A DNA stretch of 32,000 nt, from the NCBI RefSeq assembly GCF_000012905.2, contig NC_007493.2:1020001-1052000 (forward strand), in the 5' to 3' direction. Shown here one piece after another: positions 8,842-17,753 of this stretch (position 1 is the stretch's first letter; every line of letters begins with the position of its first letter). The notes beneath the pieces are model-generated. The model searched no databases and was not told where the DNA came from. It worked only from the letters and a program-made list of their open reading frames with translations. The DNA comes from Cereibacter sphaeroides 2.4.1 (GTDB lineage Bacteria > Pseudomonadota > Alphaproteobacteria > Rhodobacterales > Rhodobacteraceae). The translations under genes were made by a program, and so were the position numbers.

Positions 8842-10299
8842 TTAGGCGGCGCCCGGGCGCGAAATCAACGGCGCGCGCAGCCTTTCGACCAAAGGGGCAG
8901 GCCTGCGCCCGATCCACGGCGCCGCCCGCTCGATTTCTGCGCAGAGCGCGATCAGCTCCTCATCGGCGCCGAAGCGGGCCGCGAGATGGACGCCGATCGG
9001 CAGGCCCCCGGCGCTCATGCCGAGGGGCAGCGAGGCCGCGGGCTGGCCCGAGGCGTTGAAGACGGCGGTGAAGGGGGAATAGGCGAAGACGCCCTCCGTC
9101 CCGTGCGCGAACCGGCCGACGCGCGCCGGCGGTTCGGCCAGAGTGGCCGACAGGAGGATGTCGATGCCCTCTCCCGTCTCCGGGTCGAAGACCGCGGCCA
9201 TCTGGCGGCCGAAGGCATGGATCTGGCCCACCGCCTCGAGATAGCGCTCGCCCGGGATCTCGGCCGCGCGCCGCATCGCGCCGAGCGAGACCGGCTCGAC
9301 CAGCCCCTCGGGCGCGCGGCCCTTCAGCGCCTTGCGGATGCCGAGCGCCGTGCCGCAGGCCACGATGTCGGTCCAGGCCTCCATCATCATCGCCACATCG
9401 GCGCGGGGCAGGCAGGGGCTGACCGTATGGCCCAGGCTCTCGAGCAGCCGTCCCGCCGCCTCGACCGCGGCCCGCACCTCCGGGTGGATGGGCGCGCCGG
9501 TGAAGGTCGTGTCGCAGATCCCCACGCGCAGCCGCCGCGGCGGGCGGCCGATCGCATCCGCATGGCCGCGCAGGAGCGGCGGCGCCCAGTAGGGCGCGCC
9601 GGGATCGGCGCCCGCGCAGGCGTCGAGCATGTGGGCCGTGTCGCGGACCGACCGGGTGAGGAATCCGTCGATGGCCATGCCCGCCCAGCCCTCGCCCGCA
9701 TAGGGGCCGTCAGGCAGGCGCGCGCGGGTGGGCTTCATCCCGAAGAGCCCGCAGGAGGAGGCGGGGATGCGGACCGATCCGCCCCCGTCCGAGCCATGCG
9801 CCATGGCCACGATGCCCGCGGCCACCGCCGCGCCCGCACCGCCCGAGGAGCCGCCCGACGTATGCTCGAGGTTCCACGGGTTGCGGGTGGGCCCGCCGTA
9901 GACGGCCGATTCCGTGGCAGGCCCGATGCCGCCCTCGGGCGAGGTGGTCCGCCCGAAGGTCACGACGCCCGTGGCCCGGATCCGCTCGAAGATCGCCGAA
10001 TCGCGCGGATAGCGCGTATCCGCCAGCAGCCGCGAGCCGTTGTGCGAGGGGAAGTCCACCGCCTCGCATCCGAGATCCTTGAGCAGGAAGGGCACGCCGC
10101 GGAAGGGCCCGTGCGGCAGGCCCCGAGCGATGCTCCGCCGCGCGGTCTCCTCCTGCACCAGCACGACGGCATTGAGCGCAGGGTTGACAGCCGCAACCGC
10201 GTCGAGGGCCGCATCGAGAAGCTCCTCGGGCGATGTGTCGCGGCGGGCCACGAGGGCCGCGAGCCCGGTGGCATCCTCGGCGCCGAAGCTGCGGAACAT
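8842..10299 (-). CDS. Amidase-signature family amidase
   Basis: Shows FLLKDL and [14 protein letters not shown]...[13 protein letters not shown], the AS-family Ser-cisSer-Lys signature region. A perfect AGGAGG RBS lies 6 nt upstream of the ATG at 10299. Confidence 0.85.
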   Translation of the reverse strand: MFRSFGAEDATGLAALVARRDTSPEELLDAALDAVAAVNPALNAVVLVQEETARRSIARGLPHGPFRGVPFLLKDLGCEAVDFPSHNGSRLLADTRYPRDSAIFERIRATGVVTFGRTTSPEGGIGPATESAVYGGPTRNPWNLEHTSGGSSGGAGAAVAAGIVAMAHGSDGGGSVRIPASSCGLFGMKPTRARLPDGPYAGEGWAGMAIDGFLTRSVRDTAHMLDACAGADPGAPYWAPPLLRGHADAIGRPPRRLRVGICDTTFTGAPIHPEVRAAVEAAGRLLESLGHTVSPCLPRADVAMMMEAWTDIVACGTALGIRKALKGRAPEGLVEPVSLGAMRRAAEIPGERYLEAVGQIHAFGRQMAAVFDPETGEGIDILLSATLAEPPARVGRFAHGTEGVFAYSPFTAVFNASGQPAASLPLGMSAGGLPIGVHLAARFGADEELIALCAEIERAAPWIGRRPAPLVERLRAPLISRPGAA

Positions 10300-10410
10300 G
10301 TCTTTCCTCCTGCTTTTTTCCCCTCATGCTACGGTGGAGAGTCGCATCCGGTCCAGTCCTTTTTTCGCGGCTTTCCGCAAGGGGCGGCCAACCCGCCGCG
10401 GCACCGCCGC

Positions 10411-10438
10411 TTGACAGGGCCGTCACTTGTCATATTGA
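10411..10438 (+). promoter_or_regulatory. Candidate sigma-70-type promoter for the riboswitch-btuB transcript
   Basis: TTGACA (10411-10416), a 16-nt spacer, then TATTGA (10433-10438), immediately upstream of the riboswitch. Confidence 0.4.
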
Positions 10439-10439
10439 G

Positions 10440-10640
10440 GAACGGCTTCGGTTCCGGCGTGATGGCCGGATGAAAAGGGAACGCGGTGCGGGGAGATCTC
10501 CCCAACTCCGCGGCTGCCCCCGCAACTGTAGGCGGCGAGCGACGACCGACGGCGCCACTGGGATGTCCCGGGAAGGCCGGTCCGAGCTGCGACCCGCAAG
10601 TCAGGAGACCTGCCGGAGCGATCACCCTTTCCTGCGCGCG
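10440..10640 (+). promoter_or_regulatory. Cobalamin (adenosylcobalamin) riboswitch
   Basis: Conserved core GAAAAGGGAACGCGGTGCGGGG...CCGCGGCTGCCCCCGCAACTGTA...GCCACTGGG...GGGAAGGCC, plus the B12 box AGTCAGGAGACCTGCC at about 10609-10624. It sits in the leader of a TonB-dependent receptor gene. Confidence 0.85.
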
Positions 10641-10758
10641 GGGCGCGTGCGGGAGGCGGACCATCCGCTTCAGGTGACGGTCACCGTCGGCGGAGGGGCA
10701 TACCCTTTCCAAGGACATTGCAGGTCGGATCCGGGGGTCGCCCGGACGGAAGGGACAG

Positions 10759-12594
10759 ATGAAGAAGACAGCCGCCTCGCTCCTCACCCTCATGGCCGCA
10801 GCCCCGCTGCAGGCTCAGGACATCGCTCTCGACGAGATCCTCGTCTCGCCGAGTCTCGTCGCCACCGAAACCAGCCGCACCGGCGCCACGGTGGATGTGG
10901 TCACCGCCGAGGACATGCAGGCCACGGGCGAGATCTCGGTGAGCGACCTGCTCGCGCGCCTGCCGGGCGTGTCCTACACGCGGAACGGCGGGCTCGGCGC
11001 CACGACGACGCTCCGGATCCGCGGGCTGGGCAGCGCCTATCAGGCGGTGCGGATCGACGGCATCGACGTGGCGGACGCGTCCGGAACCAAATCCGAGTTC
11101 GACTTCGGCTCGCTCACCGCCGGCGGCATCGACCGGATCGAGGTGCTGCGCGGGTCGCAATCCGCGATCTACGGCTCGGAAGCCGTGGCGGGCGTCATCG
11201 ACATCGCCACCTACCGGCCGCGCGATCCGGGCGTCAGCGGGCAGCTGTCGCTCGAGGGCGGCAGCAACCGCACCTTCACCGGCGGCCTCTCCACAGGCCT
11301 TCTGACCGAGCGCGGCGAGCTGGCCTTCAGCGTGGCCCGCACCGTCTCGGACGGGATCTCGCAGGCCGCCTCGGGCACCGAGCGCGACGGGTTCGATACC
11401 ACCTTCTACGCCCTCTCCGGTGCCTACGACCTGACCGAGGACCTGCGGATCGGGGCCGCCTTCATCGCGCGCGACTCCGATCTCGACATCGACGGCCCCG
11501 GCGCGGGCGGGATCGTCGACACGGACGACCGGGCGCTCAGCCGGCTGAGAGGCGGCAGGATCTTTGCGGATCTCACCCTCGGCCAGGTGCAGAGCGTGCT
11601 CGCCTATGCCGCTACCGACACGCGCCGGGAATATCCCGGCGGCTATATCGAAGTCTACGAGGGCGAACGGCGCGCGCTCTCCTACCTCGGGACGGTCGAG
11701 GTGGGGCTGGCGAGCCTCTCGTTCGGGGCTGAGCGCACGAAGGAGAGCTTCAGCAGCGACACGGATGAGGGCGATCTCACCACCGACTCCGTCTTCGGCG
11801 AGGCGCGCCTCGCGCTCTCGCCCGATCTCGATCTGTCGCTCGCGGCGCGTCGTGACGACCCGTCCGACTTCGACGGCAAGACCACCGGGCGCGTGGCGCT
11901 GGCCTGGCGGCTGGCCGACGACCTGATCCTGCGCGGCGTGGCCGGAACCGGCTTCCGCGCGCCGTCGCTCTACGAACGGTTCGGTCCCGAAGGATCCGAC
12001 CGCCTCGGGCCGGAATCGAGCCGCAGCTACGAGCTCGGCCTCGAGAAGCGGTTCGGCAGCGGTGCGACCGTTCAGGCGACGCTCTTCAAGACCGATGTCA
12101 CCGACCGCATCGTCTATCTGGACGGCGCCGACTTCTGCGCCTCGCCCTGGGGCTGCTACGATCAGCTGGACGGCGAGACGCATAGCCAGGGGATCGAGCT
12201 GTCGGCGCGCGCGCCGCTCGGGTCGGAGTGGGAGCTCTTCGGCAGCTACACCTACACCGACGCCTCCGACGAGGCGAACGGCACCGAGACCCGGGCCGTC
12301 CGCGTGCCGCGGCACGACCTCGTGCTGGGCCTCGAGGGGCAGATCGCCGACCGCACCCGCGGGATCCTCACGGTGCAGCATATCGCGGATGTGATGGATA
12401 CGACCGGCTACCTGCAACCCGATGCCCCGCTCGATGACTGGACGGTGGTGAATGCGACGGTTAGCTACGATCTGAACGACCGGGCCGAGGCCTATGTCCG
12501 GGTCGAGAACCTGTTCGACGAGGAGTATCAGACGGTGCGCGGCTATGCCCAACCGGGGCGTTCGATCTTTGCGGGCCTGCGTGCGCGCTTCTAG
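10759..12594 (+). CDS. btuB: TonB-dependent vitamin B12/cobamide outer-membrane receptor
   Basis: Signal peptide, TonB-box-like DEILVSPS, plug domain (VRIDGIDV, IEVLRGSQSAIYGSEA), beta-barrel repeats and a terminal aromatic residue (GLRARF). It lies downstream of the B12 riboswitch. Confidence 0.9.
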   Translation: MKKTAASLLTLMAAAPLQAQDIALDEILVSPSLVATETSRTGATVDVVTAEDMQATGEISVSDLLARLPGVSYTRNGGLGATTTLRIRGLGSAYQAVRIDGIDVADASGTKSEFDFGSLTAGGIDRIEVLRGSQSAIYGSEAVAGVIDIATYRPRDPGVSGQLSLEGGSNRTFTGGLSTGLLTERGELAFSVARTVSDGISQAASGTERDGFDTTFYALSGAYDLTEDLRIGAAFIARDSDLDIDGPGAGGIVDTDDRALSRLRGGRIFADLTLGQVQSVLAYAATDTRREYPGGYIEVYEGERRALSYLGTVEVGLASLSFGAERTKESFSSDTDEGDLTTDSVFGEARLALSPDLDLSLAARRDDPSDFDGKTTGRVALAWRLADDLILRGVAGTGFRAPSLYERFGPEGSDRLGPESSRSYELGLEKRFGSGATVQATLFKTDVTDRIVYLDGADFCASPWGCYDQLDGETHSQGIELSARAPLGSEWELFGSYTYTDASDEANGTETRAVRVPRHDLVLGLEGQIADRTRGILTVQHIADVMDTTGYLQPDAPLDDWTVVNATVSYDLNDRAEAYVRVENLFDEEYQTVRGYAQPGRSIFAGLRARF

Positions 12595-13441
12595 GCGCCT
12601 CGCCCTGCTGCTGGCGGCCACGCTTGCCGCCGCCGCTCCCGCCGTGGCCGAGGCGCCGCGGCGGGTGGTGTCGATCAATCTCTGCACCGATCAGCTTGCC
12701 ATGATGCTCGCGGCGCCGGGACAGCTTCTCTCGGTGTCCCATCTTGCCACCGAGCCGCAGATCTCGGCCATGGTCGAGGAGGCGCGCGCCTATCCGGCGA
12801 ACCGGGGGCAGGCCGAAGAGGTGTTCCTCATGCGCCCTGATCTGGTGCTGGCAGGCACCTTCACGGCGCGGCAGACTGTCGATCTGCTGCGCAGGCTCGG
12901 GATCGAGGTGATCGAGCTGCCGCCCGCCAATGCCTTCGCCGACATTCCCGACCAGCTGCGCACGGTGGGCCGGGCGCTCGGGCGCGAGGCGCGGGCCGAA
13001 GAACTGGTGGCCGAGTTCGAGGCGGACCTCGCCCGTCTCAGGGTGGATCTGCCGCCCGTGCGGGCGGCGCTCTATTACCCGCGGGGCTATACCACGGGTT
13101 CGGGTACGCTCGCCGACGCCATCCTGCGCCATACCGGCTTTTCCAATGTCGCGGCCGAGCTCGGGCTCGACGGCGGGGGCGACCTTCCGCTCGAGCGGCT
13201 GGTGATGGCGCAGCCCCAGATGATCGTGACCTCCTCGCCCTATCCCGGCGCCTCGCGGGCCGAGGAACTTCTGGACCATCCCGCGCTGCAGGCGGTGCGC
13301 GAGGAAGCGGGCTCGGTCGAAGTGTCCGACGGCGGCTGGATCTGCGGCACGCCCGCCGTGCTGCAGGCGCTCGAGGTGATGGGCGCGGCGCGGCGGAGCC
13401 TCGCCGAAGTCCGGCTGACGGAACTGGACGGGCCGCGGTGA
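12545..13441 (+). CDS. btuF: Cobamide/siderophore-type ABC transporter periplasmic binding protein (BtuF-like)
   Basis: Signal peptide RRLALLLAATLAAAAPAVAEA followed by RVVSINLCTDQLAMML...PDLVLAG, a cluster-A binding-protein pattern. The start is ambiguous: ATG 12545 or GTG 12581. Both overlap the btuB 3' end. Confidence 0.78.
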   Translation: MPNRGVRSLRACVRASRRLALLLAATLAAAAPAVAEAPRRVVSINLCTDQLAMMLAAPGQLLSVSHLATEPQISAMVEEARAYPANRGQAEEVFLMRPDLVLAGTFTARQTVDLLRRLGIEVIELPPANAFADIPDQLRTVGRALGREARAEELVAEFEADLARLRVDLPPVRAALYYPRGYTTGSGTLADAILRHTGFSNVAAELGLDGGGDLPLERLVMAQPQMIVTSSPYPGASRAEELLDHPALQAVREEAGSVEVSDGGWICGTPAVLQALEVMGAARRSLAEVRLTELDGPR

Positions 13442-14427
13442 GATATTCCCTCCTTCTTCTGGCGCTGGCGCTTCTGGTGGCCCTGCTGTTCCTTCTGTCG
13501 CTCCTCGTGGGCCCTGCGGCACTCGGCTTAGGCGAGTCGCTCCAGGCCCTCGTCACGGGTCAGGGCGAGGCGGTCGTGCTGGTGATGCGCGAGATCCGCC
13601 TGCCGCGTGCGATCCTCGGGCTGACGGTGGGGGCGGTGCTGGGAATCTCGGGGGCGGCGATGCAGGGGTTCCTGAGAAATCCGCTTGCAGAACCGGGGCT
13701 TGTGGGCGTGTCTTCATCCGCCGCTCTGGGCGCGGTCATCGCGCTCCAGACCGGGCTCGCCGCAAGCTTCACGCTGGCGCTGCCGCTTGCGGCGCTGGCG
13801 GGCGCGGCGATCTCGGTGCTTCTGATCCTCGGCCTTGCGGGGCCGCGCGGCGGAGCGCTCGCGCTGATCCTCGCCGGGGTCGCCATCTCGGCGCTGGCCG
13901 CGGCGGGCGTGGCGCTGATCCTCAACCTCTCGCCCAATCCCTTCGCCGCGATGGAGATCGTCTTCTGGATGATGGGCTCGCTCGCCGACCGGTCGATGAC
14001 CCATGTGGCGCTGGCGCTGCCCTTCATGCTGGCGGGCTCGGCGCTGCTTCTGACGCTCGGCCGCGGGCTCGATGCGCTCACGCTCGGCGAGGATGCGGCC
14101 GAGGCGCTGGGCGTGCGGCTCGGCCGGGTGCGCCTGCTGCTGATCCTCGGCACGGCGCTTTCGGTGGGGGCGGCGGTCGCGGTGGCGGGAGCGGTGGGCT
14201 TCGTGGGGCTCGTGGTGCCCCATATCCTGCGGCCGCTGGTGGGGGCGCGCCCGTCGCGGCTGCTGCCCGCCGCGGCGCTGGGGGGCGCGGCCATGCTGCT
14301 CGCGGCCGATGTCGCGGTGCGGGTCATCGCGCCCGACCGGGATCTCAAGCTCGGGGTGCTGACGGCGATCGTGGGCTCGCCCTTCTTCCTCCATCTCATC
14401 TGGCGGATGCGGAGGGTGGAGGCATGA
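13438..14427 (+). CDS. btuC: FecCD-family ABC transporter permease (BtuC-like)
   Basis: Polytopic membrane protein with LREIRLPRAILGLTVGAVLGISGAAMQG and GAVGFVGLVVPHILR, both FecCD hallmarks. The GTG start overlaps the upstream stop (GTGA). Confidence 0.85.
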   Translation: MRYSLLLLALALLVALLFLLSLLVGPAALGLGESLQALVTGQGEAVVLVMREIRLPRAILGLTVGAVLGISGAAMQGFLRNPLAEPGLVGVSSSAALGAVIALQTGLAASFTLALPLAALAGAAISVLLILGLAGPRGGALALILAGVAISALAAAGVALILNLSPNPFAAMEIVFWMMGSLADRSMTHVALALPFMLAGSALLLTLGRGLDALTLGEDAAEALGVRLGRVRLLLILGTALSVGAAVAVAGAVGFVGLVVPHILRPLVGARPSRLLPAAALGGAAMLLAADVAVRVIAPDRDLKLGVLTAIVGSPFFLHLIWRMRRVEA

Positions 14428-15176
14428 GCCTGCTCGCGCTCGACAATCTGACCGTGCGCCGGGGCGACTGTCCGGTGGTGGATCATGTCACCTTCACGGT
14501 GGAGCCGGGCGAGGTGCTGGGCCTGATCGGGCCGAACGGGGCGGGCAAGACCTCGCTTCTGCGCGCGGCGATGGGCCTTCTGCCCTCGGCGGGCAAGAGC
14601 AGCCTCGCGGGCCTTGCGCCCCGGGCGCGGGCGCGGGCGGCGGCCTTCCTGCCGCAGGCGCGCGAGATCGCCTGGCCGGTGGATGTCGAGACGCTGGTGA
14701 TGCTGGGCCGCGTTCCCCATGCCGGGCGCCGCGTCACCGCCGCCGACCGCGAGGCGGTCACGCGCGCGCTCGACCGGATGGGGCTGGCGGGCTACCGCCA
14801 CCGCATCGCGACGGCCCTGTCGGGCGGCGAGCAGGCGCGGGTGCTGATCGCGCGCACGCTGGCGCAGGAGGCGCCGCTCCTTCTTGCCGACGAACCGGTG
14901 GCGGGGCTCGATCCCGAAAGCCAGATCCGCACGATGCAGGTGTTCCAGAGCCTTGCGGCGGAGGGACGCGCGGTGGTGGCCTCGATCCACGATCTGGGCC
15001 TTGCCGCGCGGCACTGCACGCGGCTTCTCCTGATCGCGCGCGGGCGACTGGTGGCGGACGGGCCGCCCGGCGTCGTGCTGACCGCGGCCAATCTGGCCGA
15101 GGTCTTCGGGGTGCGCGCCTATTACGCCGACACGCCCGACGGGCCGGTGTTCCAGCCCTTGGGCGTCACCCGGTGA
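14424..15176 (+). CDS. btuD: ABC transporter ATP-binding protein (BtuD/FecE-like)
   Basis: Walker A GPNGAGKTS, signature LSGGEQARVLIARTL and Walker B LLLADEPVAGLD. ATGA overlap with btuC. Confidence 0.85.
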   Translation: MSLLALDNLTVRRGDCPVVDHVTFTVEPGEVLGLIGPNGAGKTSLLRAAMGLLPSAGKSSLAGLAPRARARAAAFLPQAREIAWPVDVETLVMLGRVPHAGRRVTAADREAVTRALDRMGLAGYRHRIATALSGGEQARVLIARTLAQEAPLLLADEPVAGLDPESQIRTMQVFQSLAAEGRAVVASIHDLGLAARHCTRLLLIARGRLVADGPPGVVLTAANLAEVFGVRAYYADTPDGPVFQPLGVTR

Positions 15177-15832
15177 TCGAGGTCGCGCTGGAGCGGCCGT
15201 GGCTCGTGGCGCGCCTGCCCGGGCCGATGCGGGTGCTGAGCTGGGCGCCGCACCGTCCGGGACTGGTGATCGCGGATCGGGTCGTCTGGCGGGAGGTGCG
15301 CGATGCGGAGCTCGCGCCGGGCTTCGATGCCGAGCGCTGGCTGGCCGCCGAGATGGCGGGGCGCGATCTGGGGGCGGCGGTGGGGATGCTCACCTCGCGC
15401 ACGCTCGACCGGCATCATCTGGCGGAGGCTTCGGCCGAGGGGCTTCGCGCCGCCTGTCTGGCGACCGTCGGGCTCGGCAATGCCGAGGCGGTGGGGCGGA
15501 GGCTGGTGCCTGAGCGGGCGCTCGGCACGATCAACCTCCTTGTGGCGGTCGAGGCGGAGCTGTCGGAGGCGGCGCAGCTCGAGGCCCTGTCGATTGCCGT
15601 CGAGGCGCGGACGGCTTCGGTGCTGGAGGCGGGGCTCGTCCTGCCCACGGGCCGCGCCACCGGCACCGGCACCGACTGCGTGGCGCTCGCCTGCCATCCG
15701 GGTGCGGGCCGCTACGCGGGCCTCCACACGGCGGCAGGAGAGGCGATCGGCGCTGCCGTCTGCGCAGCGGTGGGTCTGGGGAGCCGGATCTGGATGCAGG
15801 AGCGCCGCGCGCAAGCCGGCCGGGCGGGCTGA
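15173..15832 (+). CDS. cbiZ: Adenosylcobinamide amidohydrolase
   Basis: 219-aa product with GTINLLV and RATGTGTDCVAL motifs that I associate with the CbiZ family. GTGA overlap with btuD, and it is the last gene of the B12-riboswitch operon. Confidence 0.75.
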   Translation: MIEVALERPWLVARLPGPMRVLSWAPHRPGLVIADRVVWREVRDAELAPGFDAERWLAAEMAGRDLGAAVGMLTSRTLDRHHLAEASAEGLRAACLATVGLGNAEAVGRRLVPERALGTINLLVAVEAELSEAAQLEALSIAVEARTASVLEAGLVLPTGRATGTGTDCVALACHPGAGRYAGLHTAAGEAIGAAVCAAVGLGSRIWMQERRAQAGRAG

Positions 15833-15894
15833 GACCTCCTGTGAGGGTCGCGGGACAATGGGTTGACATGGAACCAGTATCCCGGGACCGAGAC

Positions 15895-15985
15895 GGCTCT
15901 CGGCTCTCGGCTCTCGGCTCTCGGCTCTCGGCTCTCGGCTCTCGGCTCTCGGCTCTCGGCTCTCGGCTCTCGGCTCTCAGCTCTC
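15895..15985. repeat. Heptanucleotide microsatellite (GGCTCTC) x 12 perfect copies plus 1 variant copy (AGCTCTC)
   Basis: Counted directly. Perfect 7-bp units begin at 15895 and repeat every 7 bp to 15978. The 13th unit (15979-15985) starts with A instead of G. Confidence 0.97.
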
Positions 15986-17704
15986 GTCGGGATGCGCGAG
16001 TCCCAGCACGCGGCTGAGTTCGGCCGACATCCGGTCGGGGGTGACGGGCTTGGCCACATAGCCGGTGAGGCCCGCGCCGAGATACATGTCGCGCTGTTCC
16101 TCGGTCGCATCGGCGGTCATGGCCACGACCGGCAGGCTCGCCGCGGGGCCGGGCATCGCCCGGATCCGCCGCAGGGTCTCGAGCCCGTCCATGCCGGGCA
16201 TGTTCATGTCGAGCAGCACCAGATCCACCGGCTCGCGTTCGAGGAGGGCCAGCGCCTCGGGCCCGCTCTGGGCCTCGATCGTGCGGACGCCGAAGAGCTG
16301 GAGATAGGCGGCCGCGACCAGCCGGTTCGTGGATATGTCATCGACCACGAGGACGCGCCGTCCGCCGAGCCGGTGTTCGGCCCGCGGTGCGGCGGGCGCG
16401 GAGGCGGGCGCCTCGACGGTCTGGAGCGCGATGGTCAGCGCGAACCGCGCGCCCGGCCCCGGCTGCGCCAGAAGCCGCAGATCGCCGCCCATCTGCCGCG
16501 CGAGCGCCCGGCTGATCGAGAGGCCGAGCCCGTTGCCCGCAAGGCGCCCGTTGCCCGTGGGCATGAACGGATCGAAGATGGCTTCCGCCTCTTCCCGAAG
16601 GATCCCGTCGCCCGTGTCGCTCACCTCGATGCGGAGAAGCGGGCGCGGCCCCGCGCCCTCGATCCGGGCCTCGACCCGGATGCGGCCCTCCTGCGTGTGC
16701 TTCAGCGCGTTCGACAGGAGGTTCGACAGGCACTGGCGCAGGCGCTGCGGATCGAGCCGCGCGCGCTTCGGCAGATCGCCCAGCACGAGCTCGAGCGCCA
16801 CGCCCGTCTCCTCGACCAGAGGGCGGAACAGCTCGACGCTGGCCACGATCTCCTCGCGCGGCGAGACGGTCTGCGGCCGCACCGGCATCCGGCCCTGCTG
16901 GACCGCCGACATGTCGAGGATGTCGTCGAGCATCGTCGAAAGCCCCTCGGCCGAGCGGATCAGCACGCCCAGACGGTCGCGGCTGACCGGATCGGACGCG
17001 CCCCGCAGTTCGGCATGGCCGATGCCGAGGATCGCATTGAGGGGCGTGCGCAGCTCGTGGCTCATCTGCGCGAGGAACCGGTCCTTCGTCGCATTGGCCG
17101 CGAGCGCCTCGGCCCGCCCGGCGGCCGCCTCGCGATGCAGCCGGTAGGTCATGAGGATGGCCGCCAGCGAATAGGCCAGCGCCACCAGCGCGCAGAGGGT
17201 GGTGAGCCCCAGCGCCGCAAGATCGTGCCGCGGCAGCCAGTAGAGCGTGTTCGAGGCCAGCGTGAAGAGCGCGATGGCGCTGCCGCCCGCCAGTCCCATC
17301 GGCAGGTGGATCGACCGCACCGTCGCCACATGCATCATCGAGCAGACCATGAACCCGATGGCGAAGGCCTTCACATAGGGGTTCTCGAGATGCCACATCA
17401 GCGCGGGCGGCGTCACGAAGGCGCACTGGAGCAGGAAGGCGGAGAGGATGTAGGCGGGGTGGCGCCACCTTTCGGTGATCCGCGCCGGGCAGGCGTCGAG
17501 GTGGTTCGTGACGATCTCGCCCAGGGCCGAGAGCAGGACGCAGGTCCAGACGATCCAGCCCGGCAGGAAGAGCATCGAGACGGCGAAGGCCAGCGCCATG
17601 GCGGGGAAGCGCACGAAGGCCTCGCGCCGCAGGATCGCGGCCTGACGGGCGACCTCCTGCTGGAGGGCCGCGGGCGGAAGGGGGGCGAGCCAGGGCGGGC
17701 GCAT
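15977..17704 (-). CDS. Hybrid sensor histidine kinase / response regulator with a membrane-embedded N-terminal sensor
   Basis: About 6 N-terminal TM helices. H-box FLAQMSHELRTPLNAILG, N/G boxes (LSNALKHT, DTGDGI, GNGLGLSISRALA) and a C-terminal receiver (VLVVDD...DLVLLDMNMPGMDG...GYVAKP). I preferred the ATG at 17704 over the TTG at 17710. Confidence 0.9.
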   Translation of the reverse strand: MRPPWLAPLPPAALQQEVARQAAILRREAFVRFPAMALAFAVSMLFLPGWIVWTCVLLSALGEIVTNHLDACPARITERWRHPAYILSAFLLQCAFVTPPALMWHLENPYVKAFAIGFMVCSMMHVATVRSIHLPMGLAGGSAIALFTLASNTLYWLPRHDLAALGLTTLCALVALAYSLAAILMTYRLHREAAAGRAEALAANATKDRFLAQMSHELRTPLNAILGIGHAELRGASDPVSRDRLGVLIRSAEGLSTMLDDILDMSAVQQGRMPVRPQTVSPREEIVASVELFRPLVEETGVALELVLGDLPKRARLDPQRLRQCLSNLLSNALKHTQEGRIRVEARIEGAGPRPLLRIEVSDTGDGILREEAEAIFDPFMPTGNGRLAGNGLGLSISRALARQMGGDLRLLAQPGPGARFALTIALQTVEAPASAPAAPRAEHRLGGRRVLVVDDISTNRLVAAAYLQLFGVRTIEAQSGPEALALLEREPVDLVLLDMNMPGMDGLETLRRIRAMPGPAASLPVVAMTADATEEQRDMYLGAGLTGYVAKPVTPDRMSAELSRVLGLAHPDES

Positions 17705-17753
17705 GGGCAAATCCGGCAGGGGGAGAGGCGGGGGCCGGTGGCCCCGGCCGGCA

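Noticed and set aside
7729-10473. 914-aa plus-strand ORF spanning potA and the amidase. The same applies to other very long ORFs: 997..2520 (+), 4818..6323 (-), 6858..8045 (+), 10681..12687 (-), 13560..15014 (-), 15863..17866 (+), 17413..19185 (-), 20677..24195 (+), 24223..25422 (+), 24984..26423 (+) and 26293..27981 (-).
   Set aside because: All lie antisense to, or out of frame with, ORFs that carry unambiguous family motifs. Their translations are Arg/Gly/Ala/Pro-rich low-complexity strings with no recognisable domains. Long stop-free shadow frames are expected in DNA this GC-rich.
15712-16110. Minus-strand ORF encoding ESREPRA x 4 repeats, and the plus-strand ORF reading ALGSRLSAL repeats.
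   Set aside because: The repeat peptide is simply the translation of the stop-free heptanucleotide microsatellite. The flanking sequence overlaps cbiZ and the kinase out of frame and is not protein-like.
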